A DNA stretch of 64,000 nucleotides, from contig CALCZA010000053.1 in NCBI GenBank assembly GCA_937906475.1, positions 31,392 through 95,391 of the forward strand, given 5' to 3'. A program made the position numbers and the translations under genes. How positions within the stretch are numbered: position 1 is the first letter of the stretch; each line of letters opens with the position of its first letter. This DNA comes from an uncultured bacterium (GTDB taxonomy: Bacteria; Planctomycetota; UBA1135; UBA2386). Positions 1-9,888 of this stretch are shown piece by piece. The notes beneath the pieces are model-generated. The model made no database searches, was not told the DNA's origin, and saw nothing but the letters and a program-made list of their open reading frames with translations.

Positions 1-714
1 CACCTGCGCCGCGCCGGCGACGACATGGCTAGTGTTGAGGTCAGCCTCGACTCGCTGGGCATGGCAATAGACGTCTTTAGCGATGGCTTGCTCATCCACC
101 AAATGATCAGCGTGGCCATGATCGCGATCGCCCTCGAACCATGGACCGATGAGGCGCTGCGAGCGCTCGACCCGGATGCGGCCGCAACACTCGCTGCGGG
201 TCTGGCCAAACTCGATGCGCAGATGCCCGAAATCCTGACGACCGATCGCGAATTGCTGTTCCTGACGGAACAGTTCCAAAAGCAATCGGGGCAATCGGAC
301 TGGGCCGCCGGCGGGTCATGGCGCTACGGCTTCTCCGCGCGCTGGATGCTTGCCGATGCGGTGCTGATGACGTCCGTCAACTACAACCGCCTGAACAACA
401 GCGACACGACGGACTGGCAAACTCGCCAACTCTTAGCCGACCAGATCGTCAAAGAGGTGCACGCCAGCGGCAACGACGTCGCGGCAATGGTGTTTCCCAC
501 CGTGGTGTGGGCTGAGAAATCGATCCGACACTCAATCGGCACGGTGCGCCTACTGCGCATGGCGCTCGACATGCGTCGCGGCGTCGACAGCGAACCTCTG
601 GACGATCCGTTCGGCACGGGACCAATCGTGATCGACGAGTCCCCTGAGATTCTGACGCTCAAGAGCGTTGGCAATGCCGGTCACGAACCACTTGAGTTCG
701 TGATGGCGCGCTAG
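1..714 (+). CDS. hypothetical protein, probably 5'-truncated by the window edge
   Basis: ORF track 25..714. The frame stays open back to base 1 and third codon positions are G/C-rich. The C-terminal ...LRMALDMRR...DDPFGTGPIV...SVGNAG pattern recalls a recurrent uncharacterised planctomycete/verrucomicrobial family. No function can be assigned. Confidence 0.5.
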   Translation, partial: HLRRAGDDMASVEVSLDSLGMAIDVFSDGLLIHQMISVAMIAIALEPWTDEALRALDPDAAATLAAGLAKLDAQMPEILTTDRELLFLTEQFQKQSGQSDWAAGGSWRYGFSARWMLADAVLMTSVNYNRLNNSDTTDWQTRQLLADQIVKEVHASGNDVAAMVFPTVVWAEKSIRHSIGTVRLLRMALDMRRGVDSEPLDDPFGTGPIVIDESPEILTLKSVGNAGHEPLEFVMAR

Positions 715-722
715 TCGGCTAG

Positions 723-911
723 CTACTCAGCATCATCAAGCGGTTCGCGAATCTTCTTGATGATGCGATGCACGCCGTAGCCAATGAGACCAAGTAACGC
801 TGCCGGCAACAGCAGTCTGCCCATGCCGCGTAGCCACAACAGCATCGCGAGCAGAAAGAAGATGAAGCCGAGGAAGTAGCCGCTCGCCAAACTCGATCGT
901 TGCTTGGTCAC
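723..911 (-). CDS. small hydrophobic membrane protein (about 62 aa)
   Basis: This is the distal part of ORF 723..1043. A GTG at 911..909 overlaps the TGA stop of the upstream DUF4262 gene (GTGA overlap). The product ...GYFLGFIFFLLAMLLWL...LLLPAALLGLIGYGV... has two predicted TM helices. Confidence 0.4.
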   Translation of the reverse strand: MTKQRSSLASGYFLGFIFFLLAMLLWLRGMGRLLLPAALLGLIGYGVHRIIKKIREPLDDAE

Positions 912-1381
912 GATTCGCGCGGTCCGAGGATCGGTTGCGAATCGCGGAAGCCATCGCGAACACCTTCGTGCCACGGCCAGCGCTGCTGCTTGTCTGGCCA
1001 GACCAACTGCACAGCGGCAAACTCTTTGCCGGCGTAGGCCCACTGCGCCGTACCGAGATAGTCGACGACCTTCTCGTTTGGCACGTCGAGGAACCGCACC
1101 TTGTAGCCCACGAGCAGATCCGAGTGCTCCTCACCGTGCTTGAAGCGCTTGCCTTCATCGGCGGCATCGGTGACCGCATTCAGCAAGTCCTCCCCAACCT
1201 CCTCTGGCATTCCGAACACGATCACTTCGGGTTGCTCAAAATGGAACCAGAGCCCAATCGTCGCCGAGAAGGCAGGCCCATCGTCACTGCGAGGCACGTG
1301 CACGATGTGCACACCTTCCTCAAGAACGTCCTTTAGAACCTTCTTCTCAGCAGGGGAGAGATCGTCGGAAAACTCGCGCAT
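908..1381 (-). CDS. DUF4262 domain protein
   Basis: 157 aa. It shows the pattern GVHIVHV...PAFSATIGL...QPEVIVFGMP...LLNAV...LLVGYKVRF..V....YLG.A...Y......A.QLVWPD....WPW, which is typical of DUF4262. Confidence 0.75.
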   Translation of the reverse strand: MREFSDDLSPAEKKVLKDVLEEGVHIVHVPRSDDGPAFSATIGLWFHFEQPEVIVFGMPEEVGEDLLNAVTDAADEGKRFKHGEEHSDLLVGYKVRFLDVPNEKVVDYLGTAQWAYAGKEFAAVQLVWPDKQQRWPWHEGVRDGFRDSQPILGPRES

Positions 1382-1467
1382 GGAGCAGGGACCATAGCCG
1401 AAGCAAGCCCGCGTACGGTACCCGGTTCAAACCACAGGCCAGGCGCGGCAGCGTCATAGCCCAGAGA

Positions 1468-3078
1468 TCACATGCGGAAGACGGGCGCCTTCCAGTCCGG
1501 AATCTCTTGGTTGAGGCTAGCCGAAAACGCCAACGCCAACGCCGATCGCGTCTGGCGCGGGTCCATGATGCCGTCATCCCACAGTCGCGCCGTCGCGTAG
1601 AGCGGGTGACCCTCAGTCTCGTATTTCTCAAGGATCGGCGCCTTCAACGCGGCTTCATCCTCGGCGGACATGATCTCACCCTTGGCTTCGAGTTGATCCT
1701 TCTTGACCTGCGCCAAGACGCTAGCCGCTTGCTCGCCGCCCATCACGGAGATGCGCGAGTTGGGCCACGTGAACAAGAAACGCGGCTGGTAGGCGCGGCC
1801 ACACATACCGTAGTTGCCCGCGCCAAATGAACCACCGACCAGCACGGTGATCTTCGGGACCTGGGCCGTGGCGACGGCCTGCACCATCTTGGCGCCATCC
1901 TTCGCGATGCCGCCGGTCTCATACTTACGACCAACCATGAAGCCGGTGATGTTCTGCAGGAACAGCAGCGGCACCTTGCGCTGGCTGCACAGTTCGACGA
2001 AGTGCGCTGCCTTCTGGGCGCTCTCGGAGAACAGGATGCCGTTGTTCGCCACGATGCCGACGGGCATGCCGTGAATGTGCGCGAAGCCCGTCACCAGCGT
2101 CGCTCCGTAGCGCGACTTGAACTCGTGGAAGCGGCTGCCGTCGACGAGGCGCGCAATCACTTCGCGAACGTCATACGGCGTGCGCGTGTCCTTCGGAATC
2201 ACGCCTAGCAGCTCTTCGGGATCATAGAGCGGGTCTTCCGACGACTGCATCGCCAGTTGCTGCGGCTTCCGTGTGTTGAGGTGGCGCGCGATCGAACGTG
2301 CCATTTCGAGCGCGTGCGATTCGTCTTCAGCGAAGTGATCGGCAACACCACTCAAGCGCGTGTGCACGTCAGCGCCACCGAGGTCTTCGGCCGAAACGAC
2401 TTCGCCAGTCGCGGCCTTCACCAGCGGCGGACCGCCGAGGAAGATCGTGCCGTTGCCTTTGACGATGATGCTCTCATCACTCATCGCTGGCACATACGCG
2501 CCGCCAGCCGTGCACGAACCGAGCACAACCGCGAGTTGCGGAATGCGCTCCGCGGACATACGCGCTTGGTTGTAGAAGATGCGGCCGAAGTGATCGCGGT
2601 CGGGGAACACTTCATCCTGCAGCGGCAGGAACGCGCCGCCCGAGTCGACCAAGTAGATGCACGGCAGGTTGTTCTCAAGCGCGATCTCCTGTGCGCGCAC
2701 GTGCTTCTTCACCGTCATCGGGAAGTAGGTGCCGCCCTTCACGGTCGCGTCGTTGGCAACAATCATCACCTCGCGCCCTTCCACCAGGCCGACGCCGGTG
2801 ACCACGCCGGCACTCGGGGCCGCGCCCTTGTAGAGCCCATTCGCAGCCAGCGACGACAACTCCAAGAACGGCGTGCCCGGATCCAAGAGCGCATCGATGC
2901 GTTCGCGCGGCAGCAGTTTGCCACGCTTGTGGTGCCGCGCACACGCCTCCTCGCCGCCGCCAAGCTTGGCCTTGGCTACATGCCCCTCGATCTCTTCGAT
3001 CGTGCGCAGGTGGTGCTCGCGATTTTCGCGAAACTCAGTCGAACTAGGTTTGGCAGAACTATGCAGAACGTCACTCAT
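1468..3078 (-). CDS. acyl-CoA carboxylase carboxyltransferase (beta) subunit, methylcrotonyl-CoA carboxylase beta-like
   Basis: 536 aa. It has the N- and C-terminal carboxyltransferase halves ([42 protein letters not shown]). The length and N-terminus fit MCCase beta. No alpha/biotin subunit is adjacent. Confidence 0.85.
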   Translation of the reverse strand: MSDVLHSSAKPSSTEFRENREHHLRTIEEIEGHVAKAKLGGGEEACARHHKRGKLLPRERIDALLDPGTPFLELSSLAANGLYKGAAPSAGVVTGVGLVEGREVMIVANDATVKGGTYFPMTVKKHVRAQEIALENNLPCIYLVDSGGAFLPLQDEVFPDRDHFGRIFYNQARMSAERIPQLAVVLGSCTAGGAYVPAMSDESIIVKGNGTIFLGGPPLVKAATGEVVSAEDLGGADVHTRLSGVADHFAEDESHALEMARSIARHLNTRKPQQLAMQSSEDPLYDPEELLGVIPKDTRTPYDVREVIARLVDGSRFHEFKSRYGATLVTGFAHIHGMPVGIVANNGILFSESAQKAAHFVELCSQRKVPLLFLQNITGFMVGRKYETGGIAKDGAKMVQAVATAQVPKITVLVGGSFGAGNYGMCGRAYQPRFLFTWPNSRISVMGGEQAASVLAQVKKDQLEAKGEIMSAEDEAALKAPILEKYETEGHPLYATARLWDDGIMDPRQTRSALALAFSASLNQEIPDWKAPVFRM

Positions 3079-3165
3079 CGAACTCCCGACGATATAGAAG
3101 TGCGTTCCGCGTCAGGACGAAAAACCACTTCTTCGGGCGAGGCCGGTGACAAGAATCTCGGGCGC

Positions 3166-4119
3166 CTACTGGATGTCGGTGCGAATCAGGTCGCTGGCGG
3201 TCAAGGTCATGGTCGTAGCGTTGAGGGCGACCAACTGCGCTACGAAGTGCACCGGGCGGACGGCAGCAGGCACGGTGACTGGCTGGCGGACGGCCGCGCC
3301 GGGCTGGAGGAGATGCACGAGGCCCACGACTGGGGTGAGCAGCAGACGGCAATTCGTCGACAGCGGCAACGCGACATCGATGGCTTGGAAGCCGAGGGCG
3401 AACAGGGCGAAGTGGTCGGTTGGCGAGCAAAGGCCTTCGAGTTCGACACCTTCGTTGAGATTTGGGCGTGAGGACAAGGCTGGCGCGGGCGCACAGGCCT
3501 GGACGGCGGCAATCGTCGCGGTGGCGTGCTTTGGCACGAATCGCATGCGCAGTTGCCCCGACGCAGTGCCGTTCCAACTCCACGCAGTGCCCCCTGACCC
3601 CTGCGTCGTGCCAGCTTGCGCCTTCGCTTCGGCGGTCACACGCACGGTCAGCGGGTATGGGCTCAGCCCGAAGACAATCGGAATCGTCGCACTGCCGTGG
3701 ACGTCGACGTGGCCGTCGTCGTAGACGTCAATCGCAACCGATACCTGACCAGTACCCGTAGTCGCGGGAACCCACTCAACGATCAAGTCACCGGTTTGCA
3801 GAACGGGCGAGACCCACTCGTAGCGAACTTCCCCACGGGACAAGCTGTTGCCGTTCGTGAGCGCCTGACTGGCTACTTGCCATTGCACCCCGATCGCCTT
3901 CGCATCGATGTCGTGCGTCAAAGCCAATGACGCCGCATTGGGGCCGCTGCTGGCAACACGATCGAGACCGGGCCAGACGTCACTTCCAGATAGCATCGGT
4001 GCCGCGGTGTTCGCCCCAGCCGTGACTTGGCCGACGACGAGCTGAGCAGATGTTTCGACCTGAGCCGACGCGAACGCAGGCAACAGCAGTACACAAAGCG
4101 AGATCTTGTTATTGCGCAT
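3166..4119 (-). CDS. secreted hypothetical protein
   Basis: 317 aa with a clear signal peptide (MRNNKISLCVLLLPAFASAQ). It is beta-rich. The C-terminal roughly 110 aa resemble the C-terminal module of the 47297..49615 product. Confidence 0.7.
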   Translation of the reverse strand: MRNNKISLCVLLLPAFASAQVETSAQLVVGQVTAGANTAAPMLSGSDVWPGLDRVASSGPNAASLALTHDIDAKAIGVQWQVASQALTNGNSLSRGEVRYEWVSPVLQTGDLIVEWVPATTGTGQVSVAIDVYDDGHVDVHGSATIPIVFGLSPYPLTVRVTAEAKAQAGTTQGSGGTAWSWNGTASGQLRMRFVPKHATATIAAVQACAPAPALSSRPNLNEGVELEGLCSPTDHFALFALGFQAIDVALPLSTNCRLLLTPVVGLVHLLQPGAAVRQPVTVPAAVRPVHFVAQLVALNATTMTLTASDLIRTDIQ

Positions 4120-4136
4120 TTTTCCCCACTGGCAGC

Positions 4137-4463
4137 TTACCCCACGATTACCCAGGCGAGCGGACAGCTAGAGGCGCATGCCGTGCGAAGCGTCGATGCC
4201 ATTGCGTGAACAATGCAGCGAGATTTCCGCATCATTTGTTCCGCGCTAATTTCCGCCCCCAACTGTCGGTCATCATCGTCAACTGGAACAGGTCGGATCT
4301 GTTGCTCTAGATACTTGGGCAACTGTTCGAGGGCTTCGTCAACGCAGTCAAGGTAGAAAGTGCGGCCGACATCTTCGGCCCACGCATCACCGGCGAACAC
4401 GGCTGGGTCAGCATCTACGCCACAGCACTCACTCACCTGCTCAATCCGTTCTACGTCAGTCAA
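4137..4463 (-). CDS. hypothetical acidic protein (uncertain; strand ambiguous)
   Basis: 108-aa ORF with a TTG start and only moderate GC3. The in-phase opposite strand has higher GC3 and encodes a GT2-like ...LSVIIVNWNRSDLLL motif followed by an in-frame stop. See findings. Confidence 0.25.
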   Translation of the reverse strand: MTDVERIEQVSECCGVDADPAVFAGDAWAEDVGRTFYLDCVDEALEQLPKYLEQQIRPVPVDDDDRQLGAEISAEQMMRKSRCIVHAMASTLRTACASSCPLAWVIVG

Positions 4464-4528
4464 CTAGCCCGCCGAGAACGCCAAGTGCCACAGCTGTAGG
4501 ACACCGCTCGTACGCTAACGTTCCTGAC

Positions 4529-6142
4529 ATGCGTCACTGGTTCTTCGGGGTCTCGGCTGTCGTGCTTGGATTGGTTGCGATGGCTGCATCGTTTTGGACC
4601 CCAGCATGGTTTGCGCTGATCGTAGTTGTGCCGATCATCCTGCTTGGCGTACGCGACTCCCTGCAGACGCGGCGAGCCATCCTGCGGAACTTTCCGGTGC
4701 TCGGACACTTTCGCTACCTGTTCGAGAAGATTAGGCCGGAGATCAACCAGTACTTCGTCGAGTCCAATACGGACGGGATGCCCTTCAGCCGCAACATGCG
4801 CTCGGTGGTTTATCAGCGGGCGAAACGTGAACTCGAGACGATCCCGTTCGGCACCCAACGCAACGTCTACGAAGTTGGCTACGAGTGGTTTAATCACTCT
4901 ATTCTTGCGATCGAAGCTGCCGAGAACCCACGTATCCGAATCGGCGAGGGTCGCGCGCGAATGCCGTATGACGCGTCGGTCTACAACATCTCCGCGATGA
5001 GCTTTGGGTCGCTATCGGCGAACGCAATTCGAGCGCTAAACGGCGGTGCGAAGATCGGCGGCTTCTTCCACAACACTGGCGAAGGTGGCATCAGCGATCA
5101 CCACCTCGAACACGGTGGCGACTTGGTCTGGCAAATCGGCACCGGCTACTTTGGTTGCCGCAATCGTGACGGCACGTTCAACGAAGAGAATTTCGCCAAG
5201 AACGCATCACGGCCAACGGTGCGCATGATCGAGGTCAAACTCTCGCAAGGCGCCAAGCCTGGCCACGGCGGCATCTTGCCGGCCAAGAAAGTCACCGAAG
5301 AGATCGCCACGATTCGCGGTGTCACGATGGGCGAAGACGTGTTGTCGCCGCCATGCCACTCAGCGTTTCGTACGCCACGAGAACTGCTCACCTTCATCGA
5401 AACTTTGCGCGAGGTGTCCGGTAAGCCCGTCGGCTTCAAGCTGTGCGTTGGCCATCGCGCAGAGATCCTCGGCATCTGCAAGGCAATGGTCGCAACCGGC
5501 ATCGTGCCTGACTTCATCGCCATCGATGGCGGCGAAGGCGGCACGGGCGCAGCGCCCATTGAGTTTTCGAACTCCGTCGGCACCCCGCTCTCCGACGGCA
5601 TCGTCATCGTGCACAATGCCCTCGAAGGATTTGGCCTGCGACAACAGACCAAGATCATCGCGTCCGGCAAGATCATCACCGGATTCCAAATAGCGCAGCG
5701 CATCGCAGCCGGAGCCGACCTGTGCAACTCAGCCCGCGGCTTCATGTTCTCGCTCGGCTGCATTCAGGCGCTGCGCTGCAACGCCAACGACTGTCCGGTC
5801 GGCGTCGCCACCCAAAATGACCGCCTAAGCAAGGGACTCGTGGTCTCACAAAAGACCCAACGCGTCGCTAACTTCCACGAGGCAACGGTGCACGCGTTTC
5901 TTGAGACACTCGGCGCCGCAGGACTCACGCATCCCGATTGGTTGCGACCGTGGCATATCCGCCGGCGCGTCTCGGTAACGGAGACGAGAACCTATTCGGA
6001 GATCTATGACTTCCTGAAAAAGGGCGAGTTGATCGGGGAGGAGATCCCGGAGGGATGGCAGCGCTCGATGTCGTTGTCGTCCGCCGACTCGTTCCGGCCA
6101 CAAGCAGAGACCACCGAAGAGTCAAACTCGGCAGTCAGCTAG
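4529..6142 (+). CDS. FMN-binding glutamate synthase family protein (GltB FMN-domain-like), membrane-anchored
   Basis: 537 aa with an N-terminal TM segment. Motifs present: ISAMSFGSLS, HNTGEGG, LSQGAKPGHGGILP, IDGGEGGTGAAP. Confidence 0.85.
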   Translation: MRHWFFGVSAVVLGLVAMAASFWTPAWFALIVVVPIILLGVRDSLQTRRAILRNFPVLGHFRYLFEKIRPEINQYFVESNTDGMPFSRNMRSVVYQRAKRELETIPFGTQRNVYEVGYEWFNHSILAIEAAENPRIRIGEGRARMPYDASVYNISAMSFGSLSANAIRALNGGAKIGGFFHNTGEGGISDHHLEHGGDLVWQIGTGYFGCRNRDGTFNEENFAKNASRPTVRMIEVKLSQGAKPGHGGILPAKKVTEEIATIRGVTMGEDVLSPPCHSAFRTPRELLTFIETLREVSGKPVGFKLCVGHRAEILGICKAMVATGIVPDFIAIDGGEGGTGAAPIEFSNSVGTPLSDGIVIVHNALEGFGLRQQTKIIASGKIITGFQIAQRIAAGADLCNSARGFMFSLGCIQALRCNANDCPVGVATQNDRLSKGLVVSQKTQRVANFHEATVHAFLETLGAAGLTHPDWLRPWHIRRRVSVTETRTYSEIYDFLKKGELIGEEIPEGWQRSMSLSSADSFRPQAETTEESNSAVS

Positions 6143-6191
6143 TCGCTGCACAGCCCCCCCCATTGCTCAGGTCTACTGCTTGATCAAGCCA

Positions 6192-7721
6192 TCACTTGAT
6201 CAACCGCAGCGCAACCAACACCAGCAACCGCATGTGATCGAGCACGACATCGACCACGCGCATTTTCGAGAACCCCAGTAAGCGCGCTTCGAGCACACAT
6301 GGGTGCTCGACGACCCGGCCACCGCGGCGAAGCACACGCACCAGCAATTCCGCCGTGCCGAGGAAGCCGCCGTTCTTGAGCGGCAGGTCGACGACGAACT
6401 CGCGGCGGTAAATCCGAAAGCAACTCGTCCACGTCGAAATTCGACTGCGCAACAGGATGCGATAGGCCAGCGACAACGTGCGGGACAAGAACAACCGCCA
6501 ACCCGGCACGTTGCGAACGCCACCATCTTTGTGGTAGGGCGAAGCGGTGACCACATCGGCGTCCGGCATGTGCTGCAACATCTTGCGCAGCTCCATCGGG
6601 TCGTACGACATGTCGCCGTCAATGGACGCAACCCAATCCGCGTCGGTCGCGAAGAAGCCAGTGCGAATCGCGGCAGCGACGCCACGGTTGCGCGCGTGGC
6701 GCACGAGTCGCACGCCGGCATAGGCACGCGCCATTCGCTCCAACAACGGCCAGGTCTGGTCGGTACTACCGTCGTCGATCAGCACAAACTCACATGCGAC
6801 AACGTCGGACAGCGCGACCTTGACGGCGCTCAACTCGCGGAACAACGATTGCACGCCATCGGCCTCGTCCTTGAGGGGCACGATGATCGCAAGCCGTGGC
6901 ACCTTGGTCTTGCGGCGCAAAGTGCGAGGCACGAGTTCGTGCTCGCCACCCTCATCAGTGACGACAACATCATCGGGCGCAACCGGAATGGGTGCCGGAT
7001 TCCGTGGTTCCAGCAGCAGACTTTGGGCAATCGTCTTGTCAGCAAGCAAGCACAGCCCTGCCAGCCGTTCGGGGCCTTCTCGTAACGCCACCTCGTGGGC
7101 TTCGCGCACTGGCCGCGGCAGCCCCATCAAACGCGGCTGCTCGGAGTCGAGTTGCCACGCCGAGAAGCGATGACTACTCACCATCGCGCCGGCCAACTCG
7201 CCTTGCAGCCCGACCACAACGCTCTCGGCACCTTTGACCGGCGTCGCGTCGTAATCAAAGCCCAGCATCTTGAGCGGTGCGTGCCACCAAGAATCGCCCG
7301 ACGCCACCGACCAACAAGAACTGAACCCGTGCACGGCCACGCCGATCACGCGCTCGATTTCGGCACGTTCGTCTTCCCACGCGCGAATGAACGCGACGCG
7401 CTTGTCTTCGGGCACCTGGTCAATCGGCCACGGCGAACGCACCGACAACGCAATCTCATGCCCAGCTGCAACGACATCTGACAACAACTCGGGCGCGCTG
7501 AACGCGAGGGCCGCAGGCACAAAGAACGTTGCGCTAACGCCTCGATCCTGCAACTGCTGCAAGACCAGCCGCACGCTGACATCGGCGCGCGCCGGTAAGC
7601 GACGCCAATGCCGAGGCGTGACGTGCTCGCGCCACGCTTCATCGACAAACCACTCGCTGGCGTCGACTGCGAAGGCGGGAGCGGGTCTAGTCACGCGAGC
7701 GTTGTAACGCGTGGCCGCCAA
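6192..7721 (-). CDS. fusion protein: polysaccharide deacetylase-like (DUF3473-type) N-domain plus family 2 glycosyltransferase C-domain
   Basis: 509 aa. The N-half has DASEWF...VSATFFVPA...GHEIALSV (deacetylase-like). The C-half has IIVPLKDE...LIDDGSTD...IDGDMSYDP (GT2, Dpm1-like). The start is uncertain (TTG at 7721 or GTG 27 nt downstream). Confidence 0.8.
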   Translation of the reverse strand: MAATRYNARVTRPAPAFAVDASEWFVDEAWREHVTPRHWRRLPARADVSVRLVLQQLQDRGVSATFFVPAALAFSAPELLSDVVAAGHEIALSVRSPWPIDQVPEDKRVAFIRAWEDERAEIERVIGVAVHGFSSCWSVASGDSWWHAPLKMLGFDYDATPVKGAESVVVGLQGELAGAMVSSHRFSAWQLDSEQPRLMGLPRPVREAHEVALREGPERLAGLCLLADKTIAQSLLLEPRNPAPIPVAPDDVVVTDEGGEHELVPRTLRRKTKVPRLAIIVPLKDEADGVQSLFRELSAVKVALSDVVACEFVLIDDGSTDQTWPLLERMARAYAGVRLVRHARNRGVAAAIRTGFFATDADWVASIDGDMSYDPMELRKMLQHMPDADVVTASPYHKDGGVRNVPGWRLFLSRTLSLAYRILLRSRISTWTSCFRIYRREFVVDLPLKNGGFLGTAELLVRVLRRGGRVVEHPCVLEARLLGFSKMRVVDVVLDHMRLLVLVALRLIK

Positions 7722-7724
7722 CTA

Positions 7725-7758
7725 GACCATCTTGGCGACGAGACCATCTTGGCGACGA
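7725..7758. repeat. perfect 17-bp tandem duplication (GACCATCTTGGCGACGA x2)
   Basis: Read directly: 7725-7741 equals 7742-7758. It lies 4 nt upstream of the annotated start of the minus-strand deacetylase/GT2 gene, in the divergent intergenic region. Confidence 0.95.
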
Positions 7759-8127
7759 GCGTCGGCACTAGGTGGATCCGTTCGGTGACCACCGAACCCT
7801 AATCCGGCGACTCGAGCGCCCGCAGCATCTTGAGGTTGCGCTGGACGACCTCTCCACGATGTCGATTAGCCTCAACAATCAGCACAACCACATCGAGCGA
7901 ATGCACCACAAAGCGGGCTTCGGGCACCTGATTGAGGCTAGGAACGTCGACCTGGCACAGATTGCGAGTGACAGCCACAGCGGTGATCACCGACCGCAAA
8001 TTGTCGCCGTGATTGCCCAGAACGGGTCGGGAGCCTCGACCGGCCCAGCACGCAGGCTTTTACTGTCGAGGGACAGAGCGCAGTTGGCGATCGGCCTATT
8101 GGCGCTCTCGTCATCGCCGATCGCAAA

Positions 8128-9888
8128 ATGACAAGCAAGGCCGGGGCCGCTACCTTGTGGGTGATGAAGACACCACCGCAGCCCCATGGGCGCCAAACGG
8201 CGCTCACCATCGCGGTGCTTGGCCTCATTCTGGTCCCTGTTCTGGCGACTAGCTGCAGCACGCCGGCAAGAACTGTCGTCAAGCAAAGCAGTGCGCCGTC
8301 GACCGCCCCGGTTCGCGGCAGCCTCGGTCCAGACATGGACAGCCAAGGACCGCGCACGTCGCTGTTCGCGAACTGGGACGCGTTCATCGATCCCGAGAAA
8401 CATCCCGTTGTCTACGAGTGGAGTGTCGGCACGAAGCCTGGCTCGACCGACGTTCTAGAATGGCAACAAGTAGCCGGAGCACAACGCGCAGCGGCTAGCA
8501 ACCTCGACCTGGCGATCGGTGTCACGCTGCACGTCAACGTGCGCGCCGCCAATCTCGGAGGCCACAAGAGCGGGGTCTCGAGCAGTGACGCCATGATCGT
8601 CGGCGAATACGTGCTTCGCCCACCCAGATTGGGAGGTGCGCCCGAGGCCCCGATTCCGGCTGGCCATCTCGCTGGGGTCGCTCGCCACGGCATCACATGG
8701 ACGTTTGATCGTCCTGCCCGTTGCGGTCGCTACGTCAACGGAGACTGGTGGGTGCTCGGTCCTATCTCGGTCACGAGCATCGAGCCTGCGAGTCTGCAAG
8801 ACGGTGCGCGCGTGCGCCACGGCTCGATGATCAACCCGTCCCCTAGCGAACAGACTCAAGGCTACGACAGCGCGATGTTCGGCAACGGTGCAACGGGTCG
8901 CTACGACAAGACCAAGAACGTTGCGCTGAATGTGTCGCGCAAGAACCCGCTGACGCTGGTCCCCGGCTCGTCGCTGGTGTCGACGGTTAGCCATCCAATC
9001 GCCGGACAACTGCCGCAAATCGAAAGCTGCGCAGTCCTGACCTGCATTGCCACGCAACCAGCTGCGAACTCGTTCCGCCCGCCCTACTGCGGCACGGACA
9101 AGCTAGCGCACTGGACCGCCGACGACATCGACATGACGCAGTTCGCGCAGTTGCCAGCCGAAGCTGGCGCGCCGCCGATTCGCGATCTCGTCGAACGATT
9201 CGAACGCACCTGGCTAGACCACCTACCTGGCTACGCTGGTCGCTACCTGCATCCGCGCCAGAACATGCCCGACTACGGCCGTGACCTGGCCGACCTCGTC
9301 GGGACCGGCGCATTGGCGTTGCAACTCGACATGCCGCTAACTAACAAGCAACCTCTGGTCATTGCGATGGTGCAACTCGGCATCGACACCTTTGGCATCG
9401 TCAAGAACGGTGGTCACTTCCTTGCCGATGGCGGCAGCGGCAGTGGTCGCAAGTTCCCGTTGTTGCTCGCCGGTTCAGTATTACACGACGACGACATGCT
9501 CAGGCTGGCTAGCGAACGCAAACTCGCATTCGCCGAAGACGCACAAACGTTCTACGTCACCGCAACGAACGGTGAATGGAACCGCGGCTATGGCGGCTAT
9601 GGCCCGGCAGACCAAGGCCTGCCCGAATGGGGCAACCGTCACACCGACGACCCGAGTCGCGACCGCAAGGCGTGGACAGCCGATCCGTATCGCCGCTGCT
9701 GCACAGCCAACGTCTGGCACGGCTACGTGCTCGCAGCACGCATCATGGGCTTGCGCGACGCGTGGGATCATCCGGCCCTGTTCGATTACGTCGATCGCTA
9801 CATGCAAATCGAGACAACGGGCAACTGGATGCGCGGTTGGAATCCGTTCTGCGAACGGATGTGGGATCGATACCGCACGGACTTCTAA
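8128..9888 (+). CDS. hypothetical lipoprotein/secreted protein with an FN3-like N-domain
   Basis: 586 aa. It has a signal/lipobox-like LVPVLATSC, then YEWSVGTKPGSTDVLEWQQV...VNVRAANLGG (FN3-like pattern), then a large uncharacterised domain. An alternative start is the ATG at 8164 (the MKTPPQ start; Met13 of the ORF). Confidence 0.7.
   Translation: MTSKAGAATLWVMKTPPQPHGRQTALTIAVLGLILVPVLATSCSTPARTVVKQSSAPSTAPVRGSLGPDMDSQGPRTSLFANWDAFIDPEKHPVVYEWSVGTKPGSTDVLEWQQVAGAQRAAASNLDLAIGVTLHVNVRAANLGGHKSGVSSSDAMIVGEYVLRPPRLGGAPEAPIPAGHLAGVARHGITWTFDRPARCGRYVNGDWWVLGPISVTSIEPASLQDGARVRHGSMINPSPSEQTQGYDSAMFGNGATGRYDKTKNVALNVSRKNPLTLVPGSSLVSTVSHPIAGQLPQIESCAVLTCIATQPAANSFRPPYCGTDKLAHWTADDIDMTQFAQLPAEAGAPPIRDLVERFERTWLDHLPGYAGRYLHPRQNMPDYGRDLADLVGTGALALQLDMPLTNKQPLVIAMVQLGIDTFGIVKNGGHFLADGGSGSGRKFPLLLAGSVLHDDDMLRLASERKLAFAEDAQTFYVTATNGEWNRGYGGYGPADQGLPEWGNRHTDDPSRDRKAWTADPYRRCCTANVWHGYVLAARIMGLRDAWDHPALFDYVDRYMQIETTGNWMRGWNPFCERMWDRYRTDF

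Noticed and set aside
2257-3471. 404-aa ORF antisense to the carboxyltransferase gene. The same applies to many other long antisense or overlapping ORFs, e.g. 6303..7085, 18084..18779, 26790..27929, 31498..32385, 38737..39906, 47693..48652 and 51562..52464.
   Set aside because: These are typical stop-codon-poor shadow frames of high-GC DNA. Their products are Arg/Ala/Pro-rich with no motifs, and each lies opposite a gene with clear family signatures.
6154-6161. C8 homopolymer as a phase-variation tract.
   Set aside because: It lies in the 49-bp gap between the 3' ends of two convergent genes. It affects neither a reading frame nor a promoter.
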